A program made the position numbers and the translations under genes. Below the pieces are notes generated by a model, which worked only from the letters and a program-made list of their open reading frames with translations, had not been told where the DNA came from and did not search any database. A stretch of 64,000 bases of DNA from Tubiluchus corallicola. Its lineage: Eukaryota; Animalia; Priapulida. Location of the stretch: positions 2,418,001 to 2,482,000 of the forward strand of contig JAQGDQ010000003.1 of the NCBI GenBank assembly GCA_030141605.1. The letters run 5' to 3'. Numbering within the stretch: position 1 is the first letter of the stretch; each line of letters starts with the position of its first letter. Positions 49,473 to 63,562 of this stretch are shown here, in pieces.

Positions 49473-52400
49473 GATGAGAGCTTTATAGGTTGACGTGGTT
49501 GTTTTTCAATTGATGATTAGCCGACACGATTGTTCCATCATTTAATTTTTAAACATGCAAAAGTTTTTCGGCCATAGCTTAAAAACTGCAAAAACTATAA
49601 ACTTGTAACTTTCGCAGCCAAAAGTTAATTTATTGTGATATCAGGTTGCGAAATTTCAACTGCGTACCCTACATGCAACCACATAATTATCAATTACGCG
49701 TGATCATTATGCTCGGCGAGGGCACTCAAAGCTTTACTCTACAAGACTACAATATGAAACCGAAAATCTTCGATAATATTTGCAGAATTACTTGGTATTA
49801 ATAGGAAACTGTGCAAGAAAGTATGACGTTAGATGTTTTAAGTAATGTTCGATTCATTTTTGAAGAATCTTAATAACAACAGCGTTGGTTCTTATACTTA
49901 GCAATAATTTTTCATGAGCCTAGACATTAAAAAAGCAGAATTGACCATGCGCTTTTCTCTGTCAAACTGACTCAAACACTGAGGCATCAGTAGTTATTTG
50001 AAAGTTGCAATAACATTTACCGTCAGGGAATCACCTTTTAAGCATTTCCTATAGAAGCAAACTTCATAGATTGTAAACACAAAACCAATTCTGAACGTTT
50101 CATTAAATTGCAGAGTGAAACTGCTGGTCTAAATTGGTAAGTAGTGGTAACAGCTTCTACTGACAAGCAATTACATTTCGCGTGAAAGTTAACAGGGTTT
50201 AGTCAAGTGTTATAATTAAATGTGGTTTTCAAAAATGCAATTCAAAGACAAAATTTAGAATGCAGAGAGCAATCACACAACTGAAAGGGCACCTCAATAT
50301 GTGAATAGTAATTGTCTAATATAATACTTTATAATCGCAAGATACTTAAAATGAACGTCACGAAATTGAATATATCAAATATATATCTACTTAACTACTC
50401 AACCCTTGTAACACAGGATACTCAGCAATGAGTGAACAGTTTTGATTCAGGCCGAAACACCAACGTGTTCATTTTCACGATACCCAATTTCTGCAATAAA
50501 TTGCACTTTTTGATAACCAACTATTAAATTATTCACACTACGTTACTCTGTTAAGTATTAATATACTCTGTTTAAGTTTCTCAGAATTGGATAATTAGTT
50601 TCTTGAGTGTACTTCGGTGTTTGGGGTAAGTTGGGCGGTTAGGCGGTTATATAACGTACCTTGCTGCCCAAAAGAGGTAAAGCTAGCCAGCCTCTACGTA
50701 CTGACTAGACGAAAATTCAGAAACAATGCAATCATGACTTTTTGTTCTTCCAATCGAGGCTTAATTATCGTGCTCTAATAGTTTATGATATAATATCGAT
50801 TAATTTTAGTTATGCAAGTAGAAATCATCTCTCTATTAATGGGAAAATGCACACAAGCGAAGTACCTGCATAATAATTATGCATGGTAAGCTAATTAAAA
50901 TACGTCAGCAATGTAAGCCCAGGGGAAGCCATGAAGTTAATAATTAGCAAACACAAATCAATACCAAAAATCGAAAAAGTAGGAAACGACATTTATTACG
51001 CACATAATTATGCATGTGTATAACAAACTTATCGACGTGATTCCCGAATAAATAGTTTGCATAACTAAGAATAAAAACAGACATTGCGAAAACAGTTTCT
51101 TCTGTAAGTACTACTGTAAATATTAATTGTGTGTGGGGGTGGGGGGTGGGGTGCGTTCGTGCGTGTGTGTACACTGTAGGAAACTAGATTTACCTTTTTG
51201 CGTAGGCTTATACAGGAACTGTGTATTTTTAGTACCGTGTGCTAACTATTGTATGGTTTGTATAACTGCATGGAAAGTTTGTTACAGATGTAAAGGATAT
51301 TTTTTTGCACCAAAAAATTTGCAGTTTTAACGAAATACCGTTAATTAAAAGGACGTCAAAATCAAGAATCCGCCTTTTTAAGTTTCAAAAACATATTTCT
51401 ATTTTCAAGCGTTAGTATAGCGAGTTTTTGGTCACGCTTCGAGTGCTTTTATGGACACACGTTACGCATGCGTCTGCCCGCGGCTGAGCATCCACTTTTG
51501 TTCGCTTTGTGAAAAACAACTTAAATATCTAGTAAAACTTGTCCCACAAATAACATTTTTCTTGTCACCCAAACAATATCAACGCCTTTGGAGAATATTC
51601 GGCTACGCCACTTCATATCTTATATCCATAAATTAAATCGACGTCAACAGGCAGAATTATCGAGTAAAAGAGCATCAGAACTGGGAAATGAATCGAAGGC
51701 CGCGAGCTGTAGAACAAAATATTTATAAAATCGTGCGAACTTGAGCCAGTGGCACTTGCCGAACAAAAAACTTGACAACAATAATTAACAGCGGAAGAAA
51801 CAGCCTAATTAAAAATTTAATTAAGACTGTTTTTGCAATCTCGACCAATGAGAAGTTTTCGTTTAACAAAAATTGTGATAAATGTTTCCAATCATTCCGC
51901 AAGGTTTAAGAAAATGAAAAAAGTGCTTTGCCTCAGGAGTTTTGTAAAACACGAAAATGATGCCATTGAAAGCATTTGTGAATGTGTATTTATAACTTTA
52001 CTGAACGTCCGATTCCCTTGTTGAACTTTTATAATTCAACGAAATAATTTTTTACTATTTTTAAAAGCCATTTCATAAAAGCCATCTAGCTGTACTTTGT
52101 TCTGCTAGGGTTAGTTTCTGAACACGTTTAAACACGGTTTATCTCAGTTTTAAGAAAACTACATAATGTTTTGTCACTGATTTGGTTCACATAGGCCTAT
52201 GCCTGTATAGATAATGGGTTCATATGTATACATATATATGACGTGGTCTTATAGAGTATGCGCACAAGGTGTTTAGAGTGTTAATGTCTATTGTGTCCGT
52301 CTTTTTCATGAGTGTTTTTTTCTTAAAAATTTAATAGTAATTTAGTTGTTTGACGTTGTCCAACGAGAAAAGAAAGTGACTGCTGATAAACCTTGAGCGT

Positions 52401-54900
52401 AAGATGCTGTAACGAAGAACAAAACCGATAAAATCCTTTTTACGACGTATATCAGAAAGCAGCACATTGATATAGCGTACTTCGACTACATTTTCGGCTA
52501 AGGTTTACCATTTATCGATGAACCGTATTATATGAAAACACAAGCTAGTCGTCACTTCCTCTCATGTATCCAACGAAAATATTTTACGTCTCTGTGTCCT
52601 GGCGAAATGTTTTTCCTACAGCTTACAACAGTGCAAATTACTGTTTAAACTACCCACAAGGTAATCTTCAGTCACGCAGTGCATTGCATATTGAACTTGA
52701 AACGTCTTTTTCCCAGTTTAAAATTGGGTGACGGCAGCAGCTATCTACAACGGGATTTCGCTTCTCGTGTCAATTTTCTAGTTGCGAAAATCACAGAGGC
52801 GGAATTTCGTTTATACAAATTTCTTTCATCACGCATACGAAGTTCAGGTAAAGTACAAAGGCGCCGACGCCGGAATTACCTGTTGAGAAATGTCTGCTAC
52901 TGTTTAGCCAAACAAAGGCTTAGACTACTTTAAAGTGTATTTGACTGTATTTCATTATTGACTCTACTCTTTTAAATGAATGGTCTTACACTCCAAATTT
53001 CAAGTCTACTAGTGCTATATCATTCAGCTTTTCATACAACGTGTAAAAGTCTTATGAAGAAGTTCTACATTATTCCACATTCTCTTTTTAAATATTTGTA
53101 GACGCTATCTAACTGCTTGGTGTGATATCACTATATATTTGCGCCACTATTTGTTCAACAATCTCGGTGATGTTTTGTAATCGAAGAATGGTCATTAATC
53201 ATAAAGACACACTACATTCACCAAGAAAGGTATGCTAATGGGGAAATAAAGACATTTTTAACAAATGTGGAAGTTATAATTGTTCATAATTCACAAGCGA
53301 AGTTTTTGAACATCTCAGTACCATCAATCTTAAAGCTTTGCATCGACCGCACCTGTCAAGTTAATTCAGGTGCAAACACGTGAAAACATTAATCATTAAT
53401 TTATAATGAAATCAACGCAAAGCAATACTCCTTTAATTAAGCGACTACTTCAGATGGCGATCAAAAAAACTGTGTACACGCATCGGCAAATCAATGAATC
53501 AACATTGATGGATACGTCCTAACATAAACTGCCTGCAGTTTTTCGACAGTAATACTGTTATTAACGCCAGTAATTCTATTTAGTTATGAAATCAATTCAA
53601 TTAGTTAATAGCGCAGTGACTCAGGATTGCTTATGCTGTATGCTTTACGCTCATTAAACTTAAAACTGCGGCGATGAAAAACAGGCATAACCGGTTGCTA
53701 AACCAATGAAAGCACAATGGCCCACGTATGCATCTTTATAACTCAAGCTGCCTCAGTTACTTCGTGATTGCTAGCTGAGCTCACACGTATATATAGATAT
53801 TCCTTTAAACTTCCCATAACCTTAATTATGTTCTTTATTAAACGGTTTAATCAACAGTTAAGCAGGTTAGCGCGCAGATTATATACCGAGCAGGATTAAG
53901 AAACAAAATTTGTTCCACAATCGATTTACCTCTGCAGAAAAAAATGTGAGCCGACAGATTGAAAATACGTTCTCCGGTTTTTGTGCAACATCAACGACTT
54001 TAGTTAAAATGTTTCCCCTAAATTAATTTCCTTTTGTTCTTACACAAGAATGCAGACAGTTGAACAGGTTTTGCTAATACGATTTTGGGATTATGGTACA
54101 GTTGAGTTTGAAGGTCAAGGTCACCGTTGGTTGATCAGTAATTGAATGAATGAACGTGTACTATATAACCTTCAATATGCTTCTAACTCAGTTTTCTCGC
54201 AAAGGGGAAATAGTAAAATATTTACGCAGCACTTAGAGGCGTTTCTAGTTTCGACACCTCCGTGGATGAAAATAATGTTAAAAACAAAGCTATTTTAAAA
54301 TCTAGTTATGATATCTGGTATTAAAGAAAATATCACAGCCAAATTAGTTTTCAAAATGAAAATTCATATATTTCTGAAAGTTTTCTTGTTTGGGTACACA
54401 GTGACGTATTATTATGTATAAGTTATAAAATTTTTGAAACTGTAACTACCGTTTACACGCCAGAGACGATGAAAAGCTACCAGCCCATGGTCTTGAAACG
54501 ATTGATCATAAATCTTAGACAGTTCAAACAATCACGTTTTATTAAATTCCGCCAGCTGAATAAAGGGCCGTTGCTTAGACATAACAAGCAGATATTATCA
54601 GGTATGTAAGTCACGTTTTTAGTCAAACAAATGTTATTTGTACAAAACCCTTAATCTTATCGCGTAACCTCGCAATTTTAGCCAATTTGATTGGATACAT
54701 TCTTGAGCCTGCGACACGTTTACCAAGCTCAATGTCTGTTATCCCACGGCGACTTTAAATGGGTGTTTTCTTGTAATTTTTACTAATTATTTAAGCAAAC
54801 AAGATTTTCATAAGTGCAAATATTGCCTAACGTAGATCATCTGCATTCAAACATTCAGATTAAGTTCAGGCTTACCAAACTAAAGATGGGGACCACTAAG

Positions 54901-55316
54901 TACATGGGCCAGAAAACTGAGCCATTACTGGCTGCGCTACTCAAAAACTACCTAAAACGGGGAGACACCCAGGATGTTGTTTTTTGTCTTTTTTTTATCC
55001 GAAGTGCATGATTTGGTTAATTCTAATTCTAAAGTCGGTATCATTTTTAATCAGGTGCGTTTTTGCGGCATACTATGCATAAAAATTTTTTGGAAATAAC
55101 ATAACAAGCTTACCTCTAAATAGATCCAAAAAATAAACGAACAATATGAGCATAGGAGTTGTGATTGCGTAACTGAACTGCATCTTGTCAAGATAGGGAA
55201 AAATCCCAGTTTCAACAAATCCGCTTTTTACTTAACTCTTTACCACACAAATGTCTTATACTTTCCGGCTAGAAAGTGTTTAGCTTGAGTCTGCTCAACG
55301 TCTTTCAGACCCTGTA
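54901..55316. mobile_element. Possible old Tc1/mariner-type MITE
   Basis: Right end ...gctcaacgtctttcagaccctgta and left end tacatgggccagaaaactgagc form degenerate TIRs with TA ends. Confidence 0.35.
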
Positions 55317-58300
55317 ATAGGTTTTCAACGGTAAATATCATCCACCATAAACATCGTTAAACCAAGCGGCGATGATGATATTATGCACGCAGAGTTTTGC
55401 GTATCAAACACAAGTTTATGTTTATCGTTAATGATTGCTACTGTCCCTTGTGTCCCCGATATACGCGCAAACAAAACACGCAGTTTTTACTCGGTGCGGT
55501 AGCAATTCCCCGCGCAATTATACATGTAATGTAACGAAATGCAATTAAATCAACAGGTATAATAATGAGCAGGTATGAATCAGGTGTAGCAACAGCTGCT
55601 GCATCGCACATGAGCGTGTGTGAACTGAGCTCTGTCTCTGCTTCACACGACTAACCATTGCGGCCTGGACGCTACCACGCTGTGTTATTCAACGCTGCAG
55701 TTAAAGTGAACGATCAATGCATGACAGAGATGCGCTCAACAGTTACTGTGGACTCCTCTTTCGGATGCTGCACTCTTTACGGCCACATTGCTGTTCGTTC
55801 GCTTGATGCTGAAAAATTAATTTAAAAGTAATTCATGTAGTTAAATATTGGCAATAGTTAAAAATACTGGGAAATAGTTTAGCGCAAATTGATCGGGCTA
55901 GTAGCTTAGGAATTCAAGAATATCATAGATGGAAACAAAAAGTGTTCAAAACTGTATACCTCAAGATTGTTTTTTTTAGTAGCAACCTAGTAATGTCTTG
56001 TTTTGAGATTAAAGCACTAGGCCTATACCTGGCAAATTATTGGTAAATTTTCAGTACTGTGAATATTCTTTTCAGGTGCTCATATTTTATTTTCAGGTGC
56101 TCATGCTTGTGAGTATATCGCGTTTTTTTACATTAAATTTTATTCGTTCTCTTGGTGTTATTCAGGTTAAATTAACGTAGGCTTAGCCAATATTAAGCAT
56201 CAACATGGGACAAAGCAGCTGATTATTATAATGAGCCGAGAATCGGCATGGATACTAAATACAAATTTTTTGCTAATTGTGAAAAAAATTTGGTTTTGAA
56301 TTGCTTGTTTCTCTTAGCATTGCTTTTGTTTTTTTCTTGAGACTGCATTATAGTCTACAAAGTTTAACTAAAGAGATGTTGAACGTGATACAAGCTCTTA
56401 GGGAGCAATTTAATACAATTGGGAATTGCAATACTTGCCCTTAAGGACAAAATGGATTAGGAAATGTGAATAAAAACCAGTAAGCTTAACCGTAGTTTGT
56501 TTTAAAAACGTAGCGTGTTTTTTGCAATAATAATTTAAACAAATGATAATACGGGTATCATAATGATTCGTCGAATAATAATAATACTAAAGGTCAAACT
56601 TTTTAAAGAGCATAAATTATTGTACGTAGAATAAAATTATAAAATACTAATTCATATTTGCTTGCCAACTTTACCCTAAGTAATTAAATTAATCGGCACT
56701 TTAATGTTGAAAGCGAACAGTTGTAGCTTAATGCCTTTAATTGTCCCTTTTGAATGCCAACACGTTTTAGCAAAAACAGATGCAATTAGAAATAATCAAA
56801 TGGTTCAGCTGAAGAAGCAAGCAAGAAAGATGAAATTGCACGTAATTCAGGCTCATGAAATTGCCTGTAGGGACAGACAAAAAGGTTCAAACAATTTCAC
56901 ATTGCGTTGTTAAATTACCTAATTGTATCGTTATTAATGCTATTTGTCTGCAAATTTAAGTATAAGACCTCACTGGAGGAATAATTAAGACTCAGCAGTG
57001 CAATTTAATATTTTTGCCTATATAATTTTATTGCAGCCTTTGCACTGAGAGTACATTAATTTATAATGACAATGCAGTGTTCTGTTTTTGTCGTTTATTT
57101 ACGTGAAATGCAGATTTATAATCGATTATATCTAGAACATCAGTTGTATGTGAAAGATAAATGTTTAAATACGTGAAATACGATTTTTATTTATCACATA
57201 AGTGATGTGTGTACACCATTAAACTTGTGTAAACAGTTTCGCTACTTCTGGGTCACTTTGATCGGTCTATAATCGTTTATTCAATCATTCCTCGTTTATA
57301 TCAAAACTATAACGGAAGCATTCTATTGTCCTGTTGGCAATTTCCACAAACAAAACTGTATAAGCCGAACAACAATTGATTTCCTGTAGAGCAGCGACAA
57401 TGAATCCAACTTGTGTCGGACTAACAACTTTCTAATAGCAGTCAATAACACAGCTTCCTCCCAAAGCTTGTCTGGCGGAAATAAGAGAGGAGTACAACCA
57501 TGTGGAACCAATGTGTCCCCAGGCATGCACGAAAAATACAATTGATGGTTATGATATACGTACATGCAGTATTATCACCACACCCATTAATAACGCCAGT
57601 CGAAGTTAAAGAGCTTGTCAGGCTGCATTATTGCACTAGAACATGCAGTGGGATTATTAATGTCTGAAACTCTATTCATTTGCGTTAACATTAATGCTTT
57701 GAATAGCTCCGTCGACATTTTTATATCGGTTTTTTAATCCTATGGCGGAACTATTAATCATTAGCAAATTAACTTGGGCCATATTTTAAATTGCATTGAA
57801 TGAATTAATTTTTACTCTTAAAATAATCGGTTTGGTTTATCGTGTATTTATACATTATCATACAAATTTGTTATTATGAAATTACAGGAAAGAAATCAGG
57901 GCGATGAGTTTGCTTGCTTTTTATTTTTACAAATTAAACCAAAAACACGCTCATCTGAGTTTCGAAACTACATTGCTACGGTTAATACAATTATGTTAAG
58001 GTCATGTAAGGTATTTATATTGTTCTTGGTTGCTATCAAACTTTTCATTTACTGTACTGTAGACTTACCATATAATGCAGCTTATATCGAAAAGGCTATA
58101 GTTACTATACATATGATATATGTTAAGGAAATTGCCTTGCAAGTCTTAAGTTTGTCATTTGATTGAACAGTTTGCTAATAGTGTATATTGCCGATTTAAA
58201 AAATTATTTAATATCATTATAACAGGGTATAGTTACAGCTTGCATTATGTATTTGCGCACAATTTCACGTGTTGTTCGTACGGTTTTCATTTTATTCTTT

Positions 58301-58714
58301 TAGACAAAACCTTTATGTTTTCGTTTTGCGAGAGAACACCCTTTCTCAGAACAGCGGCGATAAAAAAGGTGGCCTGTGATTACGATTCAGCACGTGTTAC
58401 TTTGTGTTTGCCGTATGTCTGTGAAGTATTGTTAACGGATTACGCCGTGATCTGCCTCACTCCTGTCTTGACTAATTCCGTCAAAACTGCACTCGAGACA
58501 CGGATTCCAAGCACACGTTACCGGATTCTTTCACCGTCTGGCAATTGCGGCACTAGTAATTATGAATGTTATTGAGAGTTTGAAAAACTACGTTAAACTG
58601 ACGTTGATAAACGCACATGAATGACGCGGAAATTGAACACTGAAGCTCGCTAACAGAGAAAATTGAATATTAAATACTTCATGCCTCATTTACAATTGCA
58701 AGTGTAATGCGGGT

Positions 58715-59290
58715 CGAGATTGAACGTGCTGTAGAGACTAGATCCGGACCAAGACTGAACGTGCTGTTCTGAGTAGTTCGGACCATACTGCATAAGCTGC
58801 TCGTACTAAATCCTGACTGAGACTGAAGATACTGCTCAGACTATATCCGGACTGAACATGCTGCTCGGATCGCATGCGGTCAGAGATTGAACTTTCTGAT
58901 CCTACTAGATGTAGATCTATAATGAACATGCTGCTTAGACAAAGTCTAGACTGATGCTGAAGACACTGCTCAATCTAAATCTGGAGTAAAGTTGACGGTA
59001 CTGTGAAACTAGATCTAGATTGAGATTGAATGTGCTGCTCTGACTAGATCCAGATTGAGACTGAGAATGAAGATGCTGTTCAGACTAGATCCAGACTAAG
59101 ACTGAAGACGCTGCTTAGACTAGGTTCAGTTCCAGATTGAGAATGAAGATGCTGCTTAAACTATGCCCAGATTGAGACTGAGGACGCTGCTCAAACTTGG
59201 TCCAGTTCCAGACTGAGAAGAAGATGCTGCTCAAACTAGATCCAGCCTGAGACTGAATACACTGCTCAGACTAGATCCATCCTGAGACTG
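58715..59290. repeat. Minisatellite with ~35-bp unit (ctgctcagactagatccagactgagactgaagatg), roughly 15 diverged copies
   Basis: Head-to-tail units, best conserved at 59030-59290; length variants carry a 6-bp gttcca insert. Confidence 0.9.
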
Positions 59291-59829
59291 TTGTTGGTCT
59301 TCGTAATCAGTCCATGTTCATCTGGTTGTGAAATGTATTCGGTATTTTTATGCACAAAAAGCTTCAAAGTGTTCTTTGAGCCCAGTAAATCACGCATTAT
59401 CTTGTACAGTCGGACAAAATAGTTCCAACGACAGAACAAAAATAGTAACTGTGTAGAACTATCTAACTAGAAACTTCCAATCACCAAATTTGTGAGGTAT
59501 GGGTATTTTACAATTATCCACATAATCAGCAATTGGCGATTAGGTATATGTTCAAGTGGATAGTTTTCAGCATGGTGGATGTTGCTGACTTTTAAGCCAG
59601 TAATTGTTGTATTGTAGGCCTCGGGTATAGTACTTTACAGTTCCTCTAAAGTAGTCATGTATGCACTTGTCAAGCCACCGTGTGTGTCAATGATACATGT
59701 ATAAGTTTATTGTAACGTTAGGCATACATTCTATAAGTACTTTTTGCGACATCTCCTATAAATCTAGTTCAAGGCAATAGTCCGTGACGAAATAACGGGA
59801 ATCCTGAACACGTTGTAATATTCCATATG

Positions 59830-60135
59830 CGTTCAGTTGTGATGGGAGCGAGGCTTTCAAGGTGTACACCCCAAAAGGCATATAACTTCTTAATCGAGAA
59901 TATGATTTTCGGTCACTGCATATCATAGATATGGGTATGGCATTCCTTAAATTACTACTCGTTTGTGATGGGAGCGGGGCTTGAGTACACCTTAAAATAG
60001 GTACCCCCAAAAAAGGATGTAATATCCTCACGAAGAACATGATTTTTGACCACAAGTAAACGGCATATCGTAGATATAGGTGTCGCATTCCACAAATGTC
60101 TACTCGTTTGTAATGAGAGCGGGTTTTTCAGGTTT
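59830..60135. repeat. Diverged tandem repeat, about 2.2 units of 126 and 145 bp
   Basis: Anchor gtgatgggagcg/gtaatgagagcg at 59839, 59965 and 60110; shared blocks gcatatc(a/g)tagatat and ctactcgtttgt. Confidence 0.8.
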
Positions 60136-62115
60136 TTACCTCTGAATTACTTTCATTTGTTGAGACTTCTGCTAAAGTATATGACGGAATCACACGAAAT
60201 TTGTCAAAATATCACGCACTGCAATAAATAATACAACATGCTATTACGACTGGGAAAGGGAAGGCGCGCCTTGACAGTAATTGTAATAGAAAGCCTTTTC
60301 AAAAAATCATGCAGTTTGTTGATGGCTTTTTTAAATAATAAATGTTTCCGAGGATATCTGTAGGTCAAGTGTTATAAATAGCATTTGAACAGCGTGTGCA
60401 TGTTACATTCGATTTCAGCCAATAACTTGCAACAAAACATAAAAGTTGTCTGGAACTGTTAGAAGTTAATTAAATTTATTGTCATACGTGAGAAGGAAAT
60501 ATCTATGAGAGAAGAAACGAAGTCACTCTGCAGTCAAGAGATTTACCTGCAAAATTTCTCAGAAAACTTCTACGCGGCCTTTACATTCTTTCTCTTGTTT
60601 TAACTACATTACTGTTTTATATTCAAATATAAGCACGCATTATTAGCTGACCATTTTTGTAATGTGTCTGAAACATGTTGTAACAACATCTTCATCGCGA
60701 AAACGTGACATTCATTGGACGTACAAATTTTTATGCAGCTTTTCGCGCATATTTGGTATCATTATACTGTGCAGCCATAGAAACTTGCACTAGTTTCGTA
60801 AATGGCCACATAAATAATAGATGTGAACTGCTATTAGCTTTTTACGCGAAAGTCACAGCTATGTTTCAGCTAGCCAACTGTAATTATTCTTTTTACTGCA
60901 AAGCTTTTATCCAATGTGTGGAATTATTGGGCAATTGGGAATCCCTTATAGTGGTAATACAAATTAATAGCAAGGCATCATGCCTAATACTAATCATTAA
61001 AGCCAATATATTCAGCTCTCTGCATTCAATAATGAACGCTCGGCTTTCGTTTTTACGAATGATTCACAGACGTTTTAATTTTAAATTTAGAAAACCATAA
61101 TCAAATAGTCTACACTTAGTTTGTGGCACATTGTTCAACTTTCTTTAACCACGTAATCGCACATCAGAGTGTTTCACACAGTATATCTATAAACAAGTGT
61201 CTCATATGTCAACATGCATACACTTACACAGAGGCCAAGCTGTGACTTGGACACGTATCTATGTTACAGTATCAATATTTAAATAGCTGTTCGAACGCAG
61301 AGCTTATTAACGCAGAGATAAAGTCGGTACTGGAGAAAGTATTGAAGAAGACGTTATAAGATAACAATGCCTAGGCTTTCGGCTACTTTAACTTTTGCTG
61401 ACCGTCAGGAAAACCAGTCGATTTTTGGAAATGCATATTTTGCAGCATAAAACTTATGGTGCAAGTGAAGAAAGCGGATTAAGATTATTATGTTTACAAC
61501 TTTCGTTCAGTTGTGGCCAGTAAATGTGCGTGCAATTTAGTTTTTTAGATTCAAACAGCACTTTTAAAGCTTTTTATTGTACTTTTGTGCATAGAAAAGT
61601 TAAAAAGCTTGGACAATCAAGCGAAATAAGAATTTACATTGACAACGAAACAAAAAAGTCGGCTTATTTTAAGCATATGTCTTCATAACGCTGCCCTGAT
61701 CCTTCTCTCTTGTCTTGAGATTGGTTCCTCTAATTCGTTGCGTCGTTATTTTTTTTGCCCAAAGCGTTTCCGAGAGGCGCCCATCTAAGGGGCTCAATGT
61801 ATGTGTGAAAGCATGCTGCTGCAACGAAATTAGGTTTCTGAACTATTTTTTTATTTTAGTTACCCTTAAAGAGATAATCTCTTTCCTTTCATTATTTTAA
61901 ACCACAGTTTTATCTTAATTATTCTTGAATTACTAAAGGAATGGGTATTGTTAAAAATACTGAGTACTGGTTATATAAAAATGCGTTAAATTATACGTAC
62001 GTATGTTGTTTAAAAGTACATTATATCAACCGTCTTCTCAGTTCCTTTCAGAGCCTTTCATACACATGTACATTAGTGTCAGCATGCAATAATATATATG
62101 ACGTTCAACTGCGTG

Positions 62116-62142
62116 ACACACACACACACACAAGCACACACA
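62116..62142. repeat. Short (CA)n microsatellite
   Basis: Directly visible. Confidence 0.85.
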
Positions 62143-63502
62143 AAATAACTTATTAATTTATAAGAAGAATCATCCAGTGAAATGAAGCGACTGCAAAATG
62201 AACTATATGCCATCTTCCTCTCTGCGGGGAGGCGATCTTCGGACTTCCTCCAATCAAGTTAGTCTGGGTGCTTCATGCGGTGAACAATCTTACAGGAGCA
62301 ATTTTAGTGGTGAGAAAAACGCTTGCAGCAGTCAGTGAAAAACGCAAAGAAGAAATCACATTGAACAGTTTTAGTAGATTCCAGGCAGTTCTTGAGGATA
62401 GAAGATGATTATTAGGAGGGCTTTTTGTTGTGCCCAAATGATAGCCTTTCGTTTGAGAATGATTATTATGAATGACAAAATTGACATCTTAAAATTTACC
62501 TCTTATCTTTTTTGGCACGAACTTTTGGCTGCATTGCAATTAGAAGCGTTATGAAACAAAGATATTGTCGATGTTATTCTTGTCATTAGGCTTCTAATTA
62601 CCTGCACCTCGTTTAAACCTCTCGAAATGGTGACATGCACTCAAGCATGTCTAAGGTGTTAGGTACAAACTGCAATGAATTAAAATAGCATTAATTTTTA
62701 TGAATAATAAAGCAAAAAGAAATATTGCACGTGTAAGAAAAGACTGTGCATATAAGGTTTTTGCAAGCTTATGGTTGTTTTACTTTTGTCAGCAGAATAT
62801 TACTTCCTGAGTAAACACATTGTAGAAGAGAGAATAATAATCATTTGTTATTGTTACCACGCTCAGTATTGTCAGTCTGGTCACTCTTGTGTCTTGTGCC
62901 TAGTTGTAGTTAGTTTGTTTCCTCCGAGTGTGCAGGTCCACCAGAGGGAAGTCGTATCATTTCGAAAAAAACACTGGCAATAATGTCCCTACTTTTCAAA
63001 TTGCTAAGGTTACTTGCCTGTGTTACATGTGTAGATGGTAGTGTACAGTCACAGATAGTTTTCTATGAAATAGCGTTTCAGGACTGCAAAGGCTGTCATA
63101 ATCGCCATCTCTACTGCAGTCATAGTTTTGTCAACAGCAAACTTTATGAAAGATTTAGCACTTGCGATACGGTTTCCTTTAAACTCTTCTCACCCCCCCC
63201 CCAATGACTTCGCATATACGTCTTAAAATGTGTAAATTTAGCGGTGATTCTGACCTATTGCAGAGCTTATTGATTGGTATAACTGGCTAAGAAAACATCG
63301 TTAATAAATCGTGAATCCATGAATGGTGCATAGAAATTGGAATATGCCTGTCGATTGCAACTTATGAGATTTGTCCCTTCACTGAAGTGTTACCAATAAA
63401 TATGACAACAGGCTGCTAACATTCTGTGTTAAAAAACAAATGTTCTCTTAGTAGTTTAGTGATAAACAGGTATATCTTTGCTGCAGTGTCAAATTATCGA
63501 AT

Positions 63503-63562
63503 TTTGTCTTCCAAATTAACACCTTGCTTGTCTTCCAAATTAGCCCTCTTAATACCTTGCTT
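63503..63562. repeat. Short local tandem duplication (ttgtcttccaaatta...accttgcttg x2)
   Basis: Two adjacent copies visible. Confidence 0.75.

Noticed and set aside
51132-51152. G-rich run as a G-quadruplex
   Set aside because: Only three separated G-tracts, inside a (GT)-type low-complexity patch.
58715-59290. CRISPR-like appearance of ~35-bp repeats
   Set aside because: Units are contiguous without unique spacers, there are no cas genes, and the context is eukaryotic.
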